Assembly (NCBI RefSeq): GCF_963921235.1
Contig: NC_086097.1
Location: 191,520,001 to 191,584,000 of the forward strand
Source of the DNA: Mobula hypostoma
Taxonomy: Eukaryota
DNA: 64,000 nt
Reading direction: 5' to 3'
The number at the start of each line of letters is the position of its first letter. Position 1 is the stretch's first letter. Under the pieces are notes generated by a model. The model worked only from the letters and a program-made list of their open reading frames with translations. It was not told the DNA's origin and made no database searches. Below are positions 1 to 12,088 of this stretch, one piece after another. A program made the position numbers and the translations under genes.

Positions 1-327
1 CTTAACCTTGACAGTCGCTGGAGAGAGTTGCAAATTTCTGCTTTTTTTTTTGCATGAAGATTTGACTTCTTTATTGCCACTGAAAGGCCTGGTATTGATT
101 TTAAAATTATATCAACTCCCCAACCCTATATTTGGACCCTTCCCTCGATGAAAAGGTGTTCATGAATCTGATCAATCGCTAAGTTATCTCAAAGGCCTCA
201 AAATAGATTCTCTTGGAATCTGAAGGAAATGCCTGATAGACATTGCATCCTGTCATCATAATTTTTGTTCCCTGCAGAAAATGATCATAACTTTTATATA
301 TCTGTCCTGAGGTATAAAATTTCCTTA

Positions 328-424
328 ATATATATATATATATTTATATATAAAATACACACACACACATATATATATATTATATATATATATATATACA
401 CACATACATATGTACACATATATA
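328..424. repeat. (TA)n/(CA)n compound microsatellite
   Basis: Directly visible TA and CA dinucleotide runs. Confidence 0.95.
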
Positions 425-431
425 AAAAGTA

Positions 432-975
432 TTCCCATTCCCATTCTGACATGTCTATCCACGGCCTCCTCTACTGTAAAGATGAAGCCACACTCAGGTT
501 GGAGGAACAACACCTTATATTCCGTCTGGGTAGCCTCCAACCTGATGGCATGAACATCGACTTCTCTAACTTCCGCTAAGGCCCCACCTCCCCCTCGTAC
601 CCCATCTGTTACTCATTTTTATGCACACATTCTTTCTCTCACTCTCCTTTTTCTCCCTCTGTCCCTCTGAATATACCTCTTGCCCATCCTCTGGGTCACC
701 CCCCCCCCTTGTCTTTCTTCCCGGACCTCCTGTCCCATGATCCTCTCGTATCCCCTTTTGCCTATCACCTGTCCAGCTCTCGGCTCTATCCCTCCCCCTC
801 CTGTCTTCTCCTATCATTTTGCATCTCCCCCTCCCCCTCCAGCTTTCAAATCCCTTACTCACTCTTCCTTCAGTTAGTCCTGACGAAGGGTCTCGGCCTG
901 AAACGTCGACTGCGCCTCTTCCTATAGATGCTGCTTGGCCTGCTGCATTCACCAGCAACTTTGATGTATGTTGGT
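432..975 (+). mobile_element. Penelope-like retroelement, 5'-truncated copy (end of GIY-YIG ORF plus 3' UTR/pseudo-LTR)
   Basis: Encodes HSHSDMSIHGLLYCKDEATLRLEEQHLIFRLGSLQPDGMNIDFSNFR*. Near-identical to 62325-62870, which is contiguous with a GIY-YIG core. Flanked by the 11-bp direct repeat TATAAAAAGTA (421-431 and 976-986). Confidence 0.85.
876..911 (+). ncRNA. Minimal type I hammerhead ribozyme motif (Penelope-associated)
   Basis: AGTC-CTGACGA-AGGGTCTCGGCCT-GAAACGTC-GACT: CUGANGA and GAAA cores, stem II AGG/CCT, stem I AGTC/GACT, palindromic ACGT in place of stem III, GUC cleavage triplet. Confidence 0.8.
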
Positions 976-1289
976 TATAAAAAGTAGTACTGGTTTTTGA
1001 TCTTAAAAGTGTTGGGGTATAAAGATTCTTAAATTTAGTTGGTCCATAGTTCCTTGCAATCTATTTCTTGGGTCCAAACAGGATGAGTCACACTTTCCAA
1101 AACTGAACTCCATCTTCAGCACTTTTGTGTTAGAAATATATGAAATTCTCTTTGAAAATTGCCATTCCATTTAAGTTAATGTTGTTAGCAAATTAACTTC
1201 TGTTCCTTTATCCAGGACAATACAGTGAAAAGCCTCAAGTTCTATCCTGTCAATAAGTTCAAGTTATCCTTATTCTTAATCAATTACAC

Positions 1290-1830
1290 AGCAGATGGAA
1301 TTTAATGCCAACAGGTGCAAGTTGTTGCACTTCAGTCAGACCAACCAGGGTTGGTCTTACACAGTGAACAGTAGGGCACTGAGAAGTGTGGTAGAAAAAA
1401 TGGATCTGGGAATACAGGTCCATAATTCATTGAAAGTAGTGCCACAGGTAAAGAGGGTCATAAAGAAAGTTTTTGGCATATTGCAATTCAAAGGGAAGTT
1501 CATGCGTTACTAAGACAAAAGTGCTGGAGATGGAGTTCAATTTCCACTACAACTGGAGGTCATAGGTTAAGGGTGAAAGGCGAAATGTTTAAGGGGAACA
1601 TGAGGGAAAACTTGTCCACTCAGAGGGTTGTGAGAGTGTGGAATGAGCCAACAATATATATGGTGCATGAAAGCTTGATTTCAATGTTTAAGAGAAGATT
1701 GGATAGGTACATGGATGGGAGAGGTGTGGACCGGATGCAGGTCAAAGAGAGTAGGCAATTTAAGTGGTTTGGTATGGACTAGATGGGCAGAAGGGTCTGT
1801 TTATGTGCTGTATCTTTCTATGACTCCATG
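1290..1830 (+). mobile_element. Degenerate CR1 LINE 3' fragments
   Basis: ORF pieces MEFNANRCKLLHF...DLGIQVHNSLK and FKGNMRENLSTQRVVRVWNE align to the C-terminus of the CR1 ORF2 copies in this window. Confidence 0.85.
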
Positions 1831-1839
1831 ATGGACTGG

Positions 1840-2095
1840 ACAGTATCAACCACATTCCTATGACTTTTCCATTCCTGAGCATTGGTATGTCCATACCAAG
1901 CCATAATGCAATCAATGGGGATACTTTTCACTGTATATCTGTAGGAGATTGTCAACATTTTGGTGGCATGCTGAATCGACACAAACTTCTAAGAAAGTAG
2001 AGGAGCTGTTGTACCTTTCTTGTGATGACACTTATGTGTTGGTCCCAGTACAGACCCTCTGCTATGATAACACCCAGGAATTTAAAGTTACTGAC
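1840..2095 (-). mobile_element. Degenerate non-LTR retroelement fragment (Rex1/Babar-like, tentative)
   Basis: Similar to 29900-30060 (ccatacca-gc--tgatg, aagtaga-g--ctg-tgt-c-tt). Confidence 0.4.
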
Positions 2096-3080
2096 CATTA
2101 ACTGTGTTTTACCTCACATTTGCCTTCTATTTCTTTTTAAATGCTTTTCATTAAATCTTACGATTTTGACCAAATGCCTTAAACTCAATCATTGATTAAT
2201 CTCATCTCTCAGTACTTGTTGTCTATATTCCTGAGCCCTTTAATCATTCAGAAGTGTGTTTTATTTTGATCATAATCTTCTTAAGATATAAAAGTAAGAA
2301 TGAGGTAAAATTATATGCATCAAAAAAAAACAACGTACTGGAGGAACTCAGTGGTCAGACAGCACCTGTGGGGAAAAGAAATCGTTAACAGTTTGGATCA
2401 AGCCCCTGCATCAGGAATTAAGAATCAGTTTGAAGCGTAATACCTTCCCAACACACTCCCACAACTGCTGCTGAACCTGCTGAGTTCCTGTCAGTTTATA
2501 TTTTTCCTCCAGATTCCAGATTTTCAGGCTGTTGTTTCATTTAAATTACATACCTTTCATGTCCGAAATCCTTTCACAGTCAATGAAATTCTATATTTGT
2601 AAATATTATTAAACAATAACTCTGCACTTCCTCTCTGACCCATAAATTTACAAACACAATTATTTCATGCCAGCTGCAGTAAATTAAGAAAGGAAAATGT
2701 GAATTTATGTTCAATTTGAATCTTCAGATGCTGAAAGTAGGCAAAATTACACATAGACAATAACATGGGATACTGCAACCTACTATGAACTCAGCATTAG
2801 ACCTGTTGACTTTGACAAAAATCTTACATTGACTCTGTCATTTCTCCTCCTCTAGCATTTCACTGAGCTTTGACGTGCCAGGAATGATGCAACATGGATG
2901 GCATGTTGGATTCCTCTCATTTAGAAGTATGGAGGGCAAAAATGTTCAACTAAGTTCACAGCGGTTATACAATCCTTCACTCGTAACGTCTCTGATTTGT
3001 CCCACAAATAAACCTGAGAATAAATGCAGTGCTGGGCTTCTGATATTGGTGTCATAATCCTGAAGTCATAAGGGAGAGAG

Positions 3081-3366
3081 GGCGGCACCATAGCCTAAAG
3101 GTTAGTACAACACTTTGCAATACCAGCGACCTGAGTTCAATTCCTGATGCTGCCTGAAAGGAGATTGTATGTTCTCCCTTTGACTGCAAAGGTTTCCTCC
3201 GGGTGCTCTGGTTTCTTCCCACAGTGCAAAGATACCCCGGTTGATAGGTTAATTGGTCATTGTAAATTGTCCCATGATTATGCTAAGGTTAAATTGGGGG
3301 TTGATGAGTGGAGCTGTTTTAAGGGCCACAAGGGCCTACTCCGCATTCTATCTCAAGAAAATAAAA
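3081..3366 (+). mobile_element. tRNA-derived V-SINE
   Basis: tRNA-like head with B box gagttcaattcc, V-domain-like core ggtttcctccgggtgctctggtttcttcccacagtgcaaaga, A-rich tail. Homologous to 43926-44215. Confidence 0.75.
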
Positions 3367-5055
3367 CACATTATAGCTGAATCAGTCTGAATATAAAAGG
3401 AACATCGGGAAGAAAATTTGGAAATAAAATAATGGCATCACTAAATATGGCCACCATTCTGTTGGATTGTCATACAGTTAATTTGTTAATGTTATTGCAA
3501 AAATCCTTCCCCACACTAGAACGTACAAGAGATCAATTTAGTTGAGTTTTTTAATAGTTGAAATGGAGTTCTGAAATGGCCCTAGTAATTCACCAGAGAA
3601 AGAAAAAAGAAATGTCACTTTCTCAGGATAACCAGGAAATGAAACGCTAGCCTTGTCAGCATTGCCCAGATACGAAAAAAGATTTTCTCTGTTGAAATAG
3701 AGAATTAAGTCTCTTAAAATATTGTCTAATAGTAGGAAATTATGATAATTTTTATTTATCTAAAGAAATCAAAAATATTTCTGTGTAGAGAATAGTACAC
3801 TTAAGCTTCCATTTAGAGATTAAAAAAATATGAATTGAAATACAATACCATTTATTCAGATTGAGTTGGCAGTTGAATGAAAACAATACCATAAGGACAA
3901 TCTACCTTCAGGCATCACATATTCAGTTCAGATCATAATTCTCCCAAGAGTCCATGCATAATTTTCAGTACTTTCAAAATAATATGGAATAGTTTGTATT
4001 AGGAAAGAAGAATTAGAAATACTTCTACATTTTGAAAGTAGAAATGAAATGTGAATTTTACATTTTAAATCAGTAAACACTGCATTTGACATTAAGTTGA
4101 ACAAGATGAAGGCAAAATTACTCTCCTGAATAGTTAAAAAATGCATTCTTTCGGAAGATTCATTGACAAGATCTGACATGTGGGGCAGATACAGCTTTCA
4201 GTTCAATGTTGTAGGTACTTAACTTTTGAACAGATAATTCCAGGGATGTAAAGGCTAAATGTTCTGTTGTTGAATCTAAAGGAGCATACTACAAGAAAAT
4301 GAAAGAAAAACTACTTGCCTCAGATTTTCCTGGCTCCAGATCCTACTACAATATGAGATTGATTGTATGGATTAAGGATAGGTTACCAGATTGAAAACTA
4401 AAGAACTCATTTTGGAAATGTATAGATATGGTATGCTGTAGGGATCAGTGTTGGGACCCCAGATTTTCATAATATGTACCAATAATTTGGAAGAGGAAGC
4501 TGTTGTGACTATGATAAGTCACTGAAACTGGTAGATGTGAAAAGCATTTATTGGTTAGAATAAGTATGCATTCTCTTGAAGATTCTTTCAACAGAATCTG
4601 CCTGAACTCAGAATTCCATTAAGATTTTATATAATTAAGTACAAAAACAACAGCTGGTGATTCAATACAATTGCAATAATCATAATGATGTTGTCAATTT
4701 CAATATTTTGAGTCTGACAAATGATTTCATTGACTAAACATTTATAATAGGAGCATACTATAACTGATGACAATCTATGGATGTTCAAATATCTTTGCTG
4801 TGTCAAAATAATTCGCATAGATGGTCTACAAGCCACTGAGGACAGTGGAATCAGACACCAAAATTACTTTTGTGAGGGTTGACTCTCTTGACACTCAAAT
4901 ATCCCAGTTATCGATAGACAGATTAAATATGCCTATAACCATGTTTGAAGTAGCAAAATGAATCTGGTCTGGAAGCTTGCTTTGTGTCAGTCACAATGAC
5001 ACAGAATAACTTGAGATGTAGCTGTCCAATGCCTGGTTTGATGTAGGCCAATTAA

Positions 5056-5410
5056 CCATAAGACCATAAGACATAGGAGCAAAATTAGGCCATTTGGTCC
5101 ATTGAGTCTGCTCCACCATTTCATCATGGCTGATATATTGTCCCCCCTCAACCCCATTTTCCTGCCTTCTTCCTGTAACCTTTGACAATCTTACTAATCA
5201 AGAACCTATCAACTTCCAGTTTAAATATACCCAATGACTTGGCCTCCACAGCCATCTGTGGTAATGAATTTTCACAGATTCACTACCCTCCAGCTAGTCA
5301 TCCTCATTTCTGTTCTGAAGGAACCTCCTTATATTCTGAGGCTGTGCCCTCTGGTGTTAGATTCCCTTACTATAGGAAACATCCTCTCAACATCCACACT
5401 ATCTTGATCT
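5056..5410 (-). mobile_element. CR1 LINE 3' end fragment
   Basis: (ACCATAAG)n tail and 3' UTR homologous to 9670-9900. Confidence 0.8.
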
Positions 5411-6714
5411 TTCAGTAAAGATTTCATCTAATGGATAGTTAAGCTAATTGTCTTCTTAAAGAGTGATGCTAGATGGATCAAGAAATTGTTAGATAATGGC
5501 ATTGACAGAAACTGAGGTAGAAAATGAAAACAGCCTCAATTTTATTGAATGGCAGAGGAGGAATGAGAAGTTAATGACATTGCTTGCTATTTCTTCCATT
5601 CTTTGTAACATCTTTGAGGTAGTTCCTCTAATATTTAGATATTCCATCCTACATTAACATTATTTCTGCAACTTACTTACTACGGGGTAAATACTTGACC
5701 AATTTCAGGTTTGTATCAGAAGAAATTTTAAAAAAAACAAAGGATCTGTCACAATTTTTGCAAATGGTAGAGCAGCTTTAAGGGGACATATGGCCAAATC
5801 CTACTTCATTATTTTAATCAATCTGTTCTGCTGAGATCTGGTTACTTAGTATCGAAAGAACAAAAAGAATGATTGATGAAAGTAGTGGCTTCAAATAAAA
5901 TGAGTCCATCAATAGTTTAAAAAGGAGCGTGCAAAATGTTGGCAGAGTCAATGTTTTACTGTGATGAATCTTCTCTCACTGAAATGCATCCTATAGTCAT
6001 GTAGTCATTTGCAGGGGTTACTGAGCCACAGTTTAAAGACAAATGGTTTGCCTTTGCCCTGGTAAACAAGCAATTTGTACAATTTACTACAGTTAAAAAC
6101 TGAATACTTAAGGAATGAAGGAGCCTACAAACAACAACCCTCCCCCCCCCACCGCCCCCCCCCCATCTTCTATCCACACAACACGGACTTATTAGTGAGA
6201 TGTGATCCTGCTGGTTTATGTTCCGGGGATAGAGAGGGGAGAAGAGAAGAATATGCAGGACAAAATAACTTTTACAAAATAACTAATTACTTGGTGTCAA
6301 AAATACAGAAATTATAGCAACATACACTTTCTTGAAAAACAGATTAAATTAATCCAAACATACTGTTGGCTACTGTAATGTGTGCCAACTGAAAAAAAAA
6401 CCATTTCCTTCTGTAATTGAATTTTATATTGAAAAAGCAGCAAACAGTAAAATAAGATATAGATTAATTACAAATTTAATCTAAACTTATTGGCCAGAGT
6501 GTGAGGACTTTCATCCATTACCCACAAGATCTGGTTCGAAAAAAAATAGCAACCCCATTTTCTTAATGGCAAAACAGGTTTTCCTATGAAAGGTACTCTA
6601 AACTAGCTTTCAAATTAATCATATTTAAAGTGTCACTGGTGACTAATCATTTAACAAAATAGAATATGTAAAGAAATTGTGAGAAACTACCCAGTCATCA
6701 TTTTGCCATCCAAA

Positions 6715-7730
6715 TCATTGACATATAGTGTAAAAATAGGCAGTCCCAATACCAGCCCCTGCAAAGCACCATTATTCACCACAGCCAACTAGAAAAGGCT
6801 CCTTTTATTCCCAGACTTTTTCTCCTACCATTCAGCCAATCTTCCACTCATGCTAGTATCTTTCCTGCAATACCATAGCCTTTTATCTTCTTAACCAGCC
6901 TCATGTGTGGCAGCTTGTCAAAGGCCTCTGTGTTGCCCAGTGAGCTAGTCCCACTTATCAGCATATGACCCATAGCCTTCCTATCCATGTATTTATCTAG
7001 ATGGTTGTTCATGTGCCTACTTCAACCACTATTTCTGGCAGTTCATTCCTATGTCCCGCTTAAATCTCCCGCTTCTGATCTTAGACCTATGCACTCATGT
7101 TTTTAGTCCCTCTCTCTGGAAAAAAGACTATGTGCTTTCACCCTGTCTATGCACGTCATGATTTTATACATTTCTAACACAGGGGTTCCTACCCTTTTTT
7201 ATGCCATGGACCCCTACCATTAACCGAGGGGTCTACAGACCCCAGGTTGGGGGGCCCTGCTCTATCAGGTCGCCAATCTATCGCCTACATTTCAAGGAAT
7301 AAAGTGCTGGTCTAAACAACCTCTCCATGTATTTCAGGCAACATCCTGGTAAATCTTTTCTGCACTCTTTCTATTTTAATAACATCTGTCCTATAGAAAA
7401 AGCCTCATGATGCCTTATGTAACTGCAACATAAGTTCCTATCTCCTGTACTTAGTGCCCTGATGATGAATGCCAGTATGCCAAATGCTTTCTTTACCACT
7501 TTATCTATCTGATGCCACTTTCAGCAAACTATTCACTTATACTCAAAGGTCCCTCTGTAAAATAACACTCCCCAGAGCCCTACCATTCACTGTGTAAACT
7601 CTATCTTGTTTGTTCTCCAAAAATGCAACACCTCACTTTTATCTGGATTGCCAATCCTCAGCCCACATACTTAGCTGATCAAGATCCCCTGTAATTTTTT
7701 ATAACGTTCTACACCAACTACAACACCACC
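6715..7730 (-). mobile_element. Degenerate CR1 LINE fragments
   Basis: Reverse-strand similarity to the CR1 ORF2 RT and C-terminal region (ttgtcaaaggcc; caggcaacatcctggtaaatcttttctgcactct). Confidence 0.65.
7180..7259. mobile_element. Short hAT-type MITE inserted in a CR1 fragment
   Basis: Imperfect termini CAGGGGTTCC...GGGGGCCCTG; degenerate 8-bp target duplication ttctaaca/ctctatca. Confidence 0.6.
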
Positions 7731-7732
7731 TA

Positions 7733-8150
7733 GGAGGGGTGATTGATAAGTTTGTGGCCTAAGGTAGACGGAGTCAATATTAGAAAACATAGCACATTTA
7801 TTTTTCAACATAGTCCCCTCCTACATTTACACACTTAGTCCAGTGGTCATGGAGCATACGGATCTTGCACCTCCAGTCAGTGTCCACAGAAAGGGTGATT
7901 GATAAGCTCGTGGCCCAAGTTAGAAGCAGATGAGTTATACAGCTCTTGTTACGTGCACGTGAAGTTCAACACTTTGAGTGATTATGCAGAAAGTTTGAAG
8001 TTAATAACTCATCAGGGGTGATTGATAAGTTTGTGGCCTAAGGTAGAAGGAGATGAGTTATTAACTTCAAACTTTCTGCATAATCACTCCTTCTACCTTA
8101 GGATCCGAACTTATCAATCACCCATGCTGTGGACACTTTCTGGATGTCCA
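7733..8150. mobile_element. Mariner-like non-autonomous element with nested direct and inverted terminal copies
   Basis: Starts after TA. The motif GGGTGATTGATAAGTTTGTGGCCTAAGGTAGA occurs at about 7737, 7893 and 8017, and inverted at about 8090-8123. Confidence 0.6.
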
Positions 8151-8429
8151 ATTTCCTTTCTAGCTTCCTACAGGTCTGACAATGCATTAGGTAAGGGCTC
8201 TGGTCATTTATTCACCTAATACACTTTAAGGCCTCTAGTACTTCCACCCTGCTAATTTGTTTGTGGTCCAAGTCAACACTACTCATTTCTCCCATTTCCT
8301 TAGCTTCCACTGTTTTCTCCACAGTGAAAACTGAAGAGAAATATTCACTCCCATCCATTTCCTTTTGTTTCTACACATGGATGGTCTTTAAGGGGACATA
8401 TTCTGTCCCTAGTCTCCTGTTCCATCTGA

Positions 8430-8730
8430 ATTTATTTATTTATTGTATTTATTTAGAGATACAGCTTGGAATAGGCCCTTCTGGACCAACGAGCCACACC
8501 ACCCAGCAACCCACCTATTTAGCCTATTAACCTAGCCCAAGACCAATCAACCTACTAACTGGTACATCCTTGAAGTGTGGGAGGAAACTGCAGTACCCAG
8601 AGGAAACCAATGCAGTTCACAGGGAGAATGTACAAACTCCTTACAGAGGGCACTGAAATTGAGCTCCAAACTGCAGAATGCCATGAGCTCTAATAGTGTC
8701 ATGCTAATCGCTACACTACCATGGTGCCCG
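8430..8730 (-). mobile_element. tRNA-derived V-SINE (degenerate)
   Basis: Reverse complement of the V core (gtgggaggaaactgcagtacccagaggaaacc) and a (TTTA)n tail. Confidence 0.65.
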
Positions 8731-9669
8731 AATATACCTATAGAACCTCTTGGGAACACTGATCATAATTTAAATAGCATATTTCCTTCTTTTGCAAGAG
8801 GATTTGAGCACATTGTAAAGCCCAATAGCTCCCATCATACAGGACATTCTTCTCCTGGAACAATGTTAACAGATGAGGCTTCCTATCAAAGGAATAATAC
8901 ACTTGTGACAGGGTGATTAAATCAAAGGTTCACCTGATCTATTCCAGCAATGGCAGGTTGATGATAGCTAAACAACTGGGACTATGTTCTTTGACCTTAA
9001 AATAATGGGAGTTAACCTCAATGAAACAAATAAAATTATTTTAAGTTTGGGTGCCTAAAACATGGTGTCACAAATCCTAAACAAAGGATTGCCATCCAGG
9101 ACTGAGAAAAGATTTCTTCAACCAAGCAGTAGTGAATCTTTGGGCTTCTCTACTCAAGAGAGCTGTGGAGGCTCAGTCCTTGAAAATCTAAGGAGCGACA
9201 GGTACATCTTTTGATATTAAGGGAAACAAATGGGCTTTTAATATGGCTCTGAACAGTAATGAATGGATGTCTTCTCGTGATACTCCAAGGGCATGCTTGA
9301 CCATAATAAAGGTCAACACATTAGCTGGTTAATTAATCATGCTACAGTACTTTTTTAGAAAGTCTGGCAAAATGGAAGCTTCATTTTTAAATGGAAATCT
9401 TTAAAGTACTCTTTCAGTTAATGACTAATAACCACATTGCATTTCATTGGCTGTTGCATCTTTGCTAATATCTTCTGTTCCAATATACATTTACCATCAT
9501 TTATCCACATTAAAATCCATCTGCCACTCCTTAGCACATTCATTAATTGAGCCAATTCTACTTGGGTGTTGTTCATCTCTCTAATAATTATCATTTGGCA
9601 ATATAGTCATGCCATAAACACATATTAATTTAATGCTAAGTTTCCATAGGCTAGAAATTCTATGGAATA

Positions 9670-10122
9670 ATAAGACCATAAGACAAAGGAGCAGAAGTCG
9701 GCAATTCGGCCCACTGAGTCTGTTCTGCCATTTTATCATGAGCTGATCCATTCTCCCATTTAGTCCCACTCCCCCGCCTTCTCACCATAACCATTGATGC
9801 CCTGGCTACTCAGATACCTATCAATCTCTGCCTTAAATACACCCAATGACTTGGCCTCCACTGCTGCCCGTGGCAACAAATTCCATAGATTCACCACCCT
9901 CTGACTAAAAAAATTTCTTCGCATTTCTGTTCTGAATGGGCGCCCTTCAATCCTTAAGTCATGCCCTCTCATACTAGACTCCCCCATCATGGGAAACAAC
10001 TTTGCCACATCCACTCTGTCCATGCCTTTCAACATTCGAAATGTTTCTATGAGGTCTCCCCTCATTCTTCTAAACTCCAAGGAATACAGTCCAAGAGCGG
10101 ACAAACGTTCCTCATATGTTCC
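9670..10122 (-). mobile_element. CR1 LINE 3' fragment
   Basis: ORF 9760..10104 LGLYSLEFRRMRGDLIETF...FFSQRVVNLWN; tail taagaccataagac. Confidence 0.92.
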
Positions 10123-11644
10123 TCATAATGTCATGTTTTATGTGCCATTTGATGGAATTTAATATAAAATCACGTCACTAAATGAGTCCGAGTACTTGAT
10201 GCATGTCTGGTGAATGACAGAAATTGTTGTCCACAAGTATATGATGTTCTTACATACAAGATCTCCAGGAGATAGTTGGGTGATACCAATCAGCATGTAG
10301 AGGAAGAGTAATGTAATTTTCACAGTTCACCGATGCTGCTATCAATATTTGTAGGAGTACAGTAACACTGAGGGTGAAGGTTCCTGACACTGTCCTGATC
10401 AGTGTCATAATAAGGGTTCCAGTGATGTAGATCCATCAGGACTGTCTGAAGTTCAATCTTCTTGAAAACATATTTGTCTTGTTCTTCCTTTCCTGTATAT
10501 CCTGGCCATCATCATCCCTACCTAAGGTGTCAATCTCCAAGAGACGATGTGCCTTCTGCCGATTTAGATACCAGGCATGGTTTTAGGTGCTTGGCTGATA
10601 GCATCTTCTTGTTCCTAGAGTGCCCAATGTCTGGCACCCACAGGACAGTGTGATCCAGGTTATGCTGCATTATCCCAGATGGTGCAAGAAATTACAAGCA
10701 ATCCTCCATGAAGATCACAGCAGGGTCATGATGTCAATCAAAACAATGAAATGCCCAATCAAATTTTTGGAGAGACCCACATCAATTATCATGTTCCAGA
10801 AAATACTATTTCCACATAAAACTGAAAATAAGAATTTGCAATTGTATTTCCCTGCAATTATTTCAGCATAGTAGAAAATACACCTCTGCTATGGTTGAAA
10901 GTGTCCTGACATACACATACACATTCAATGCAGTGGAGAACAAATCAGCAAAAATCAGGTGATACTGGATTTCTCATCTGCATTTAAAAATGAAGCACAA
11001 TAAGGGCCAAACTTGGATCCATTACTTATATAGAATTTTTAAATTATGCCAAATGGATAACCAAGCACATTCGAGCATAGGTAGTGGTACCTTATTCTAT
11101 ATTTAAAAAAGCAACTCCTGTCATCTGATATTCAGACTTCTCATTTCTGTGTCAGGTTCCTTTCTATAATTTTTTTCTTAAACTATTCATGATATTAAAT
11201 TACTTCTTGGTCTCACATAAGATAGTTCAATTTTAATCTGCAGAATATAAGGTGGTAAGATTTTCATTATTATACTTCCTGCTGCTATTGAAGTTCACTA
11301 TGCAATGGATTTGCAGCACTCGAGCACAAGAAATGCAGATATTAAATGGATATCCCTATTATATCAGCATCCCATGTATTCCAAAAGTACATAAATGGAC
11401 AGAGATTGTCAAAACCATATTACCTCATTATCTTTCCTTTAAAATGTTATCTCTAATGATAACAGGAGTTCCAATGAATATTAATGTTCAAATTCCTCAT
11501 GCTATCCACTTGCAATTGGACTTTGACAGCTGAGTTTTTGTTGAAGCTTTTCTCTGGTTCTTCACCCTGAATTCCTTGACCAATTTTGTTTACTCACTTG
11601 CCTCCACCTGGTGGGTAGAAAAGGTATAATCAAATTGTGCAAAG

Positions 11645-12088
11645 TACAAAATGCTGGAGGAACAGACCAGGTCAAGCAACATCTTTGGAAGTGAATAAAC
11701 TGTCGATGTTTCAAGCCAAGACCCTTTGTCAGGATTAAAAAGGAAGGGTTAAGATGCCAGGGTAAAAAGTTGAGGGGAGGGGAAAGAGGACAAGCTAGAA
11801 GATGATAGGTGAAGCCAGGTGGGAGGAAAAGGTAAAGGACTGAAGATGAAGGAATCTGGAGGAGAGTGGACCATGTGAGAAAGAAAGGAGGAAGGGGCAG
11901 CAGGGGCAGGTGATAAGTAGGTGAAGAGAAGAGGTAAGAGGCCAGAGTAAGGAATAGAAGAAGAGGGAAGGAGGAAGAGGAAAAAAATTGCTGGAAGATG
12001 AAATCGATGTTCATGCCATTAGGTTGGAGACTATCTAAATGGCATATGAAGTGTTGCACCTCCACTTAAGAATGGCCTCAACAAGGCA
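11645..12088 (-). mobile_element. Penelope-like 3' fragment with decayed hammerhead motif
   Basis: EVQHFICHLDSLQPNGMNIDF peptide. The reverse strand reads CTGACAA-AGGGTCTTGGCTT-GAAACATC at 11705-11732. Confidence 0.75.

Noticed and set aside
566..958. 130-aa minus-strand ORF repeated at 62511..62852
   Set aside because: It is the antisense of the pyrimidine-rich Penelope UTR. The two copies diverge in frame, so it is not conserved as protein.
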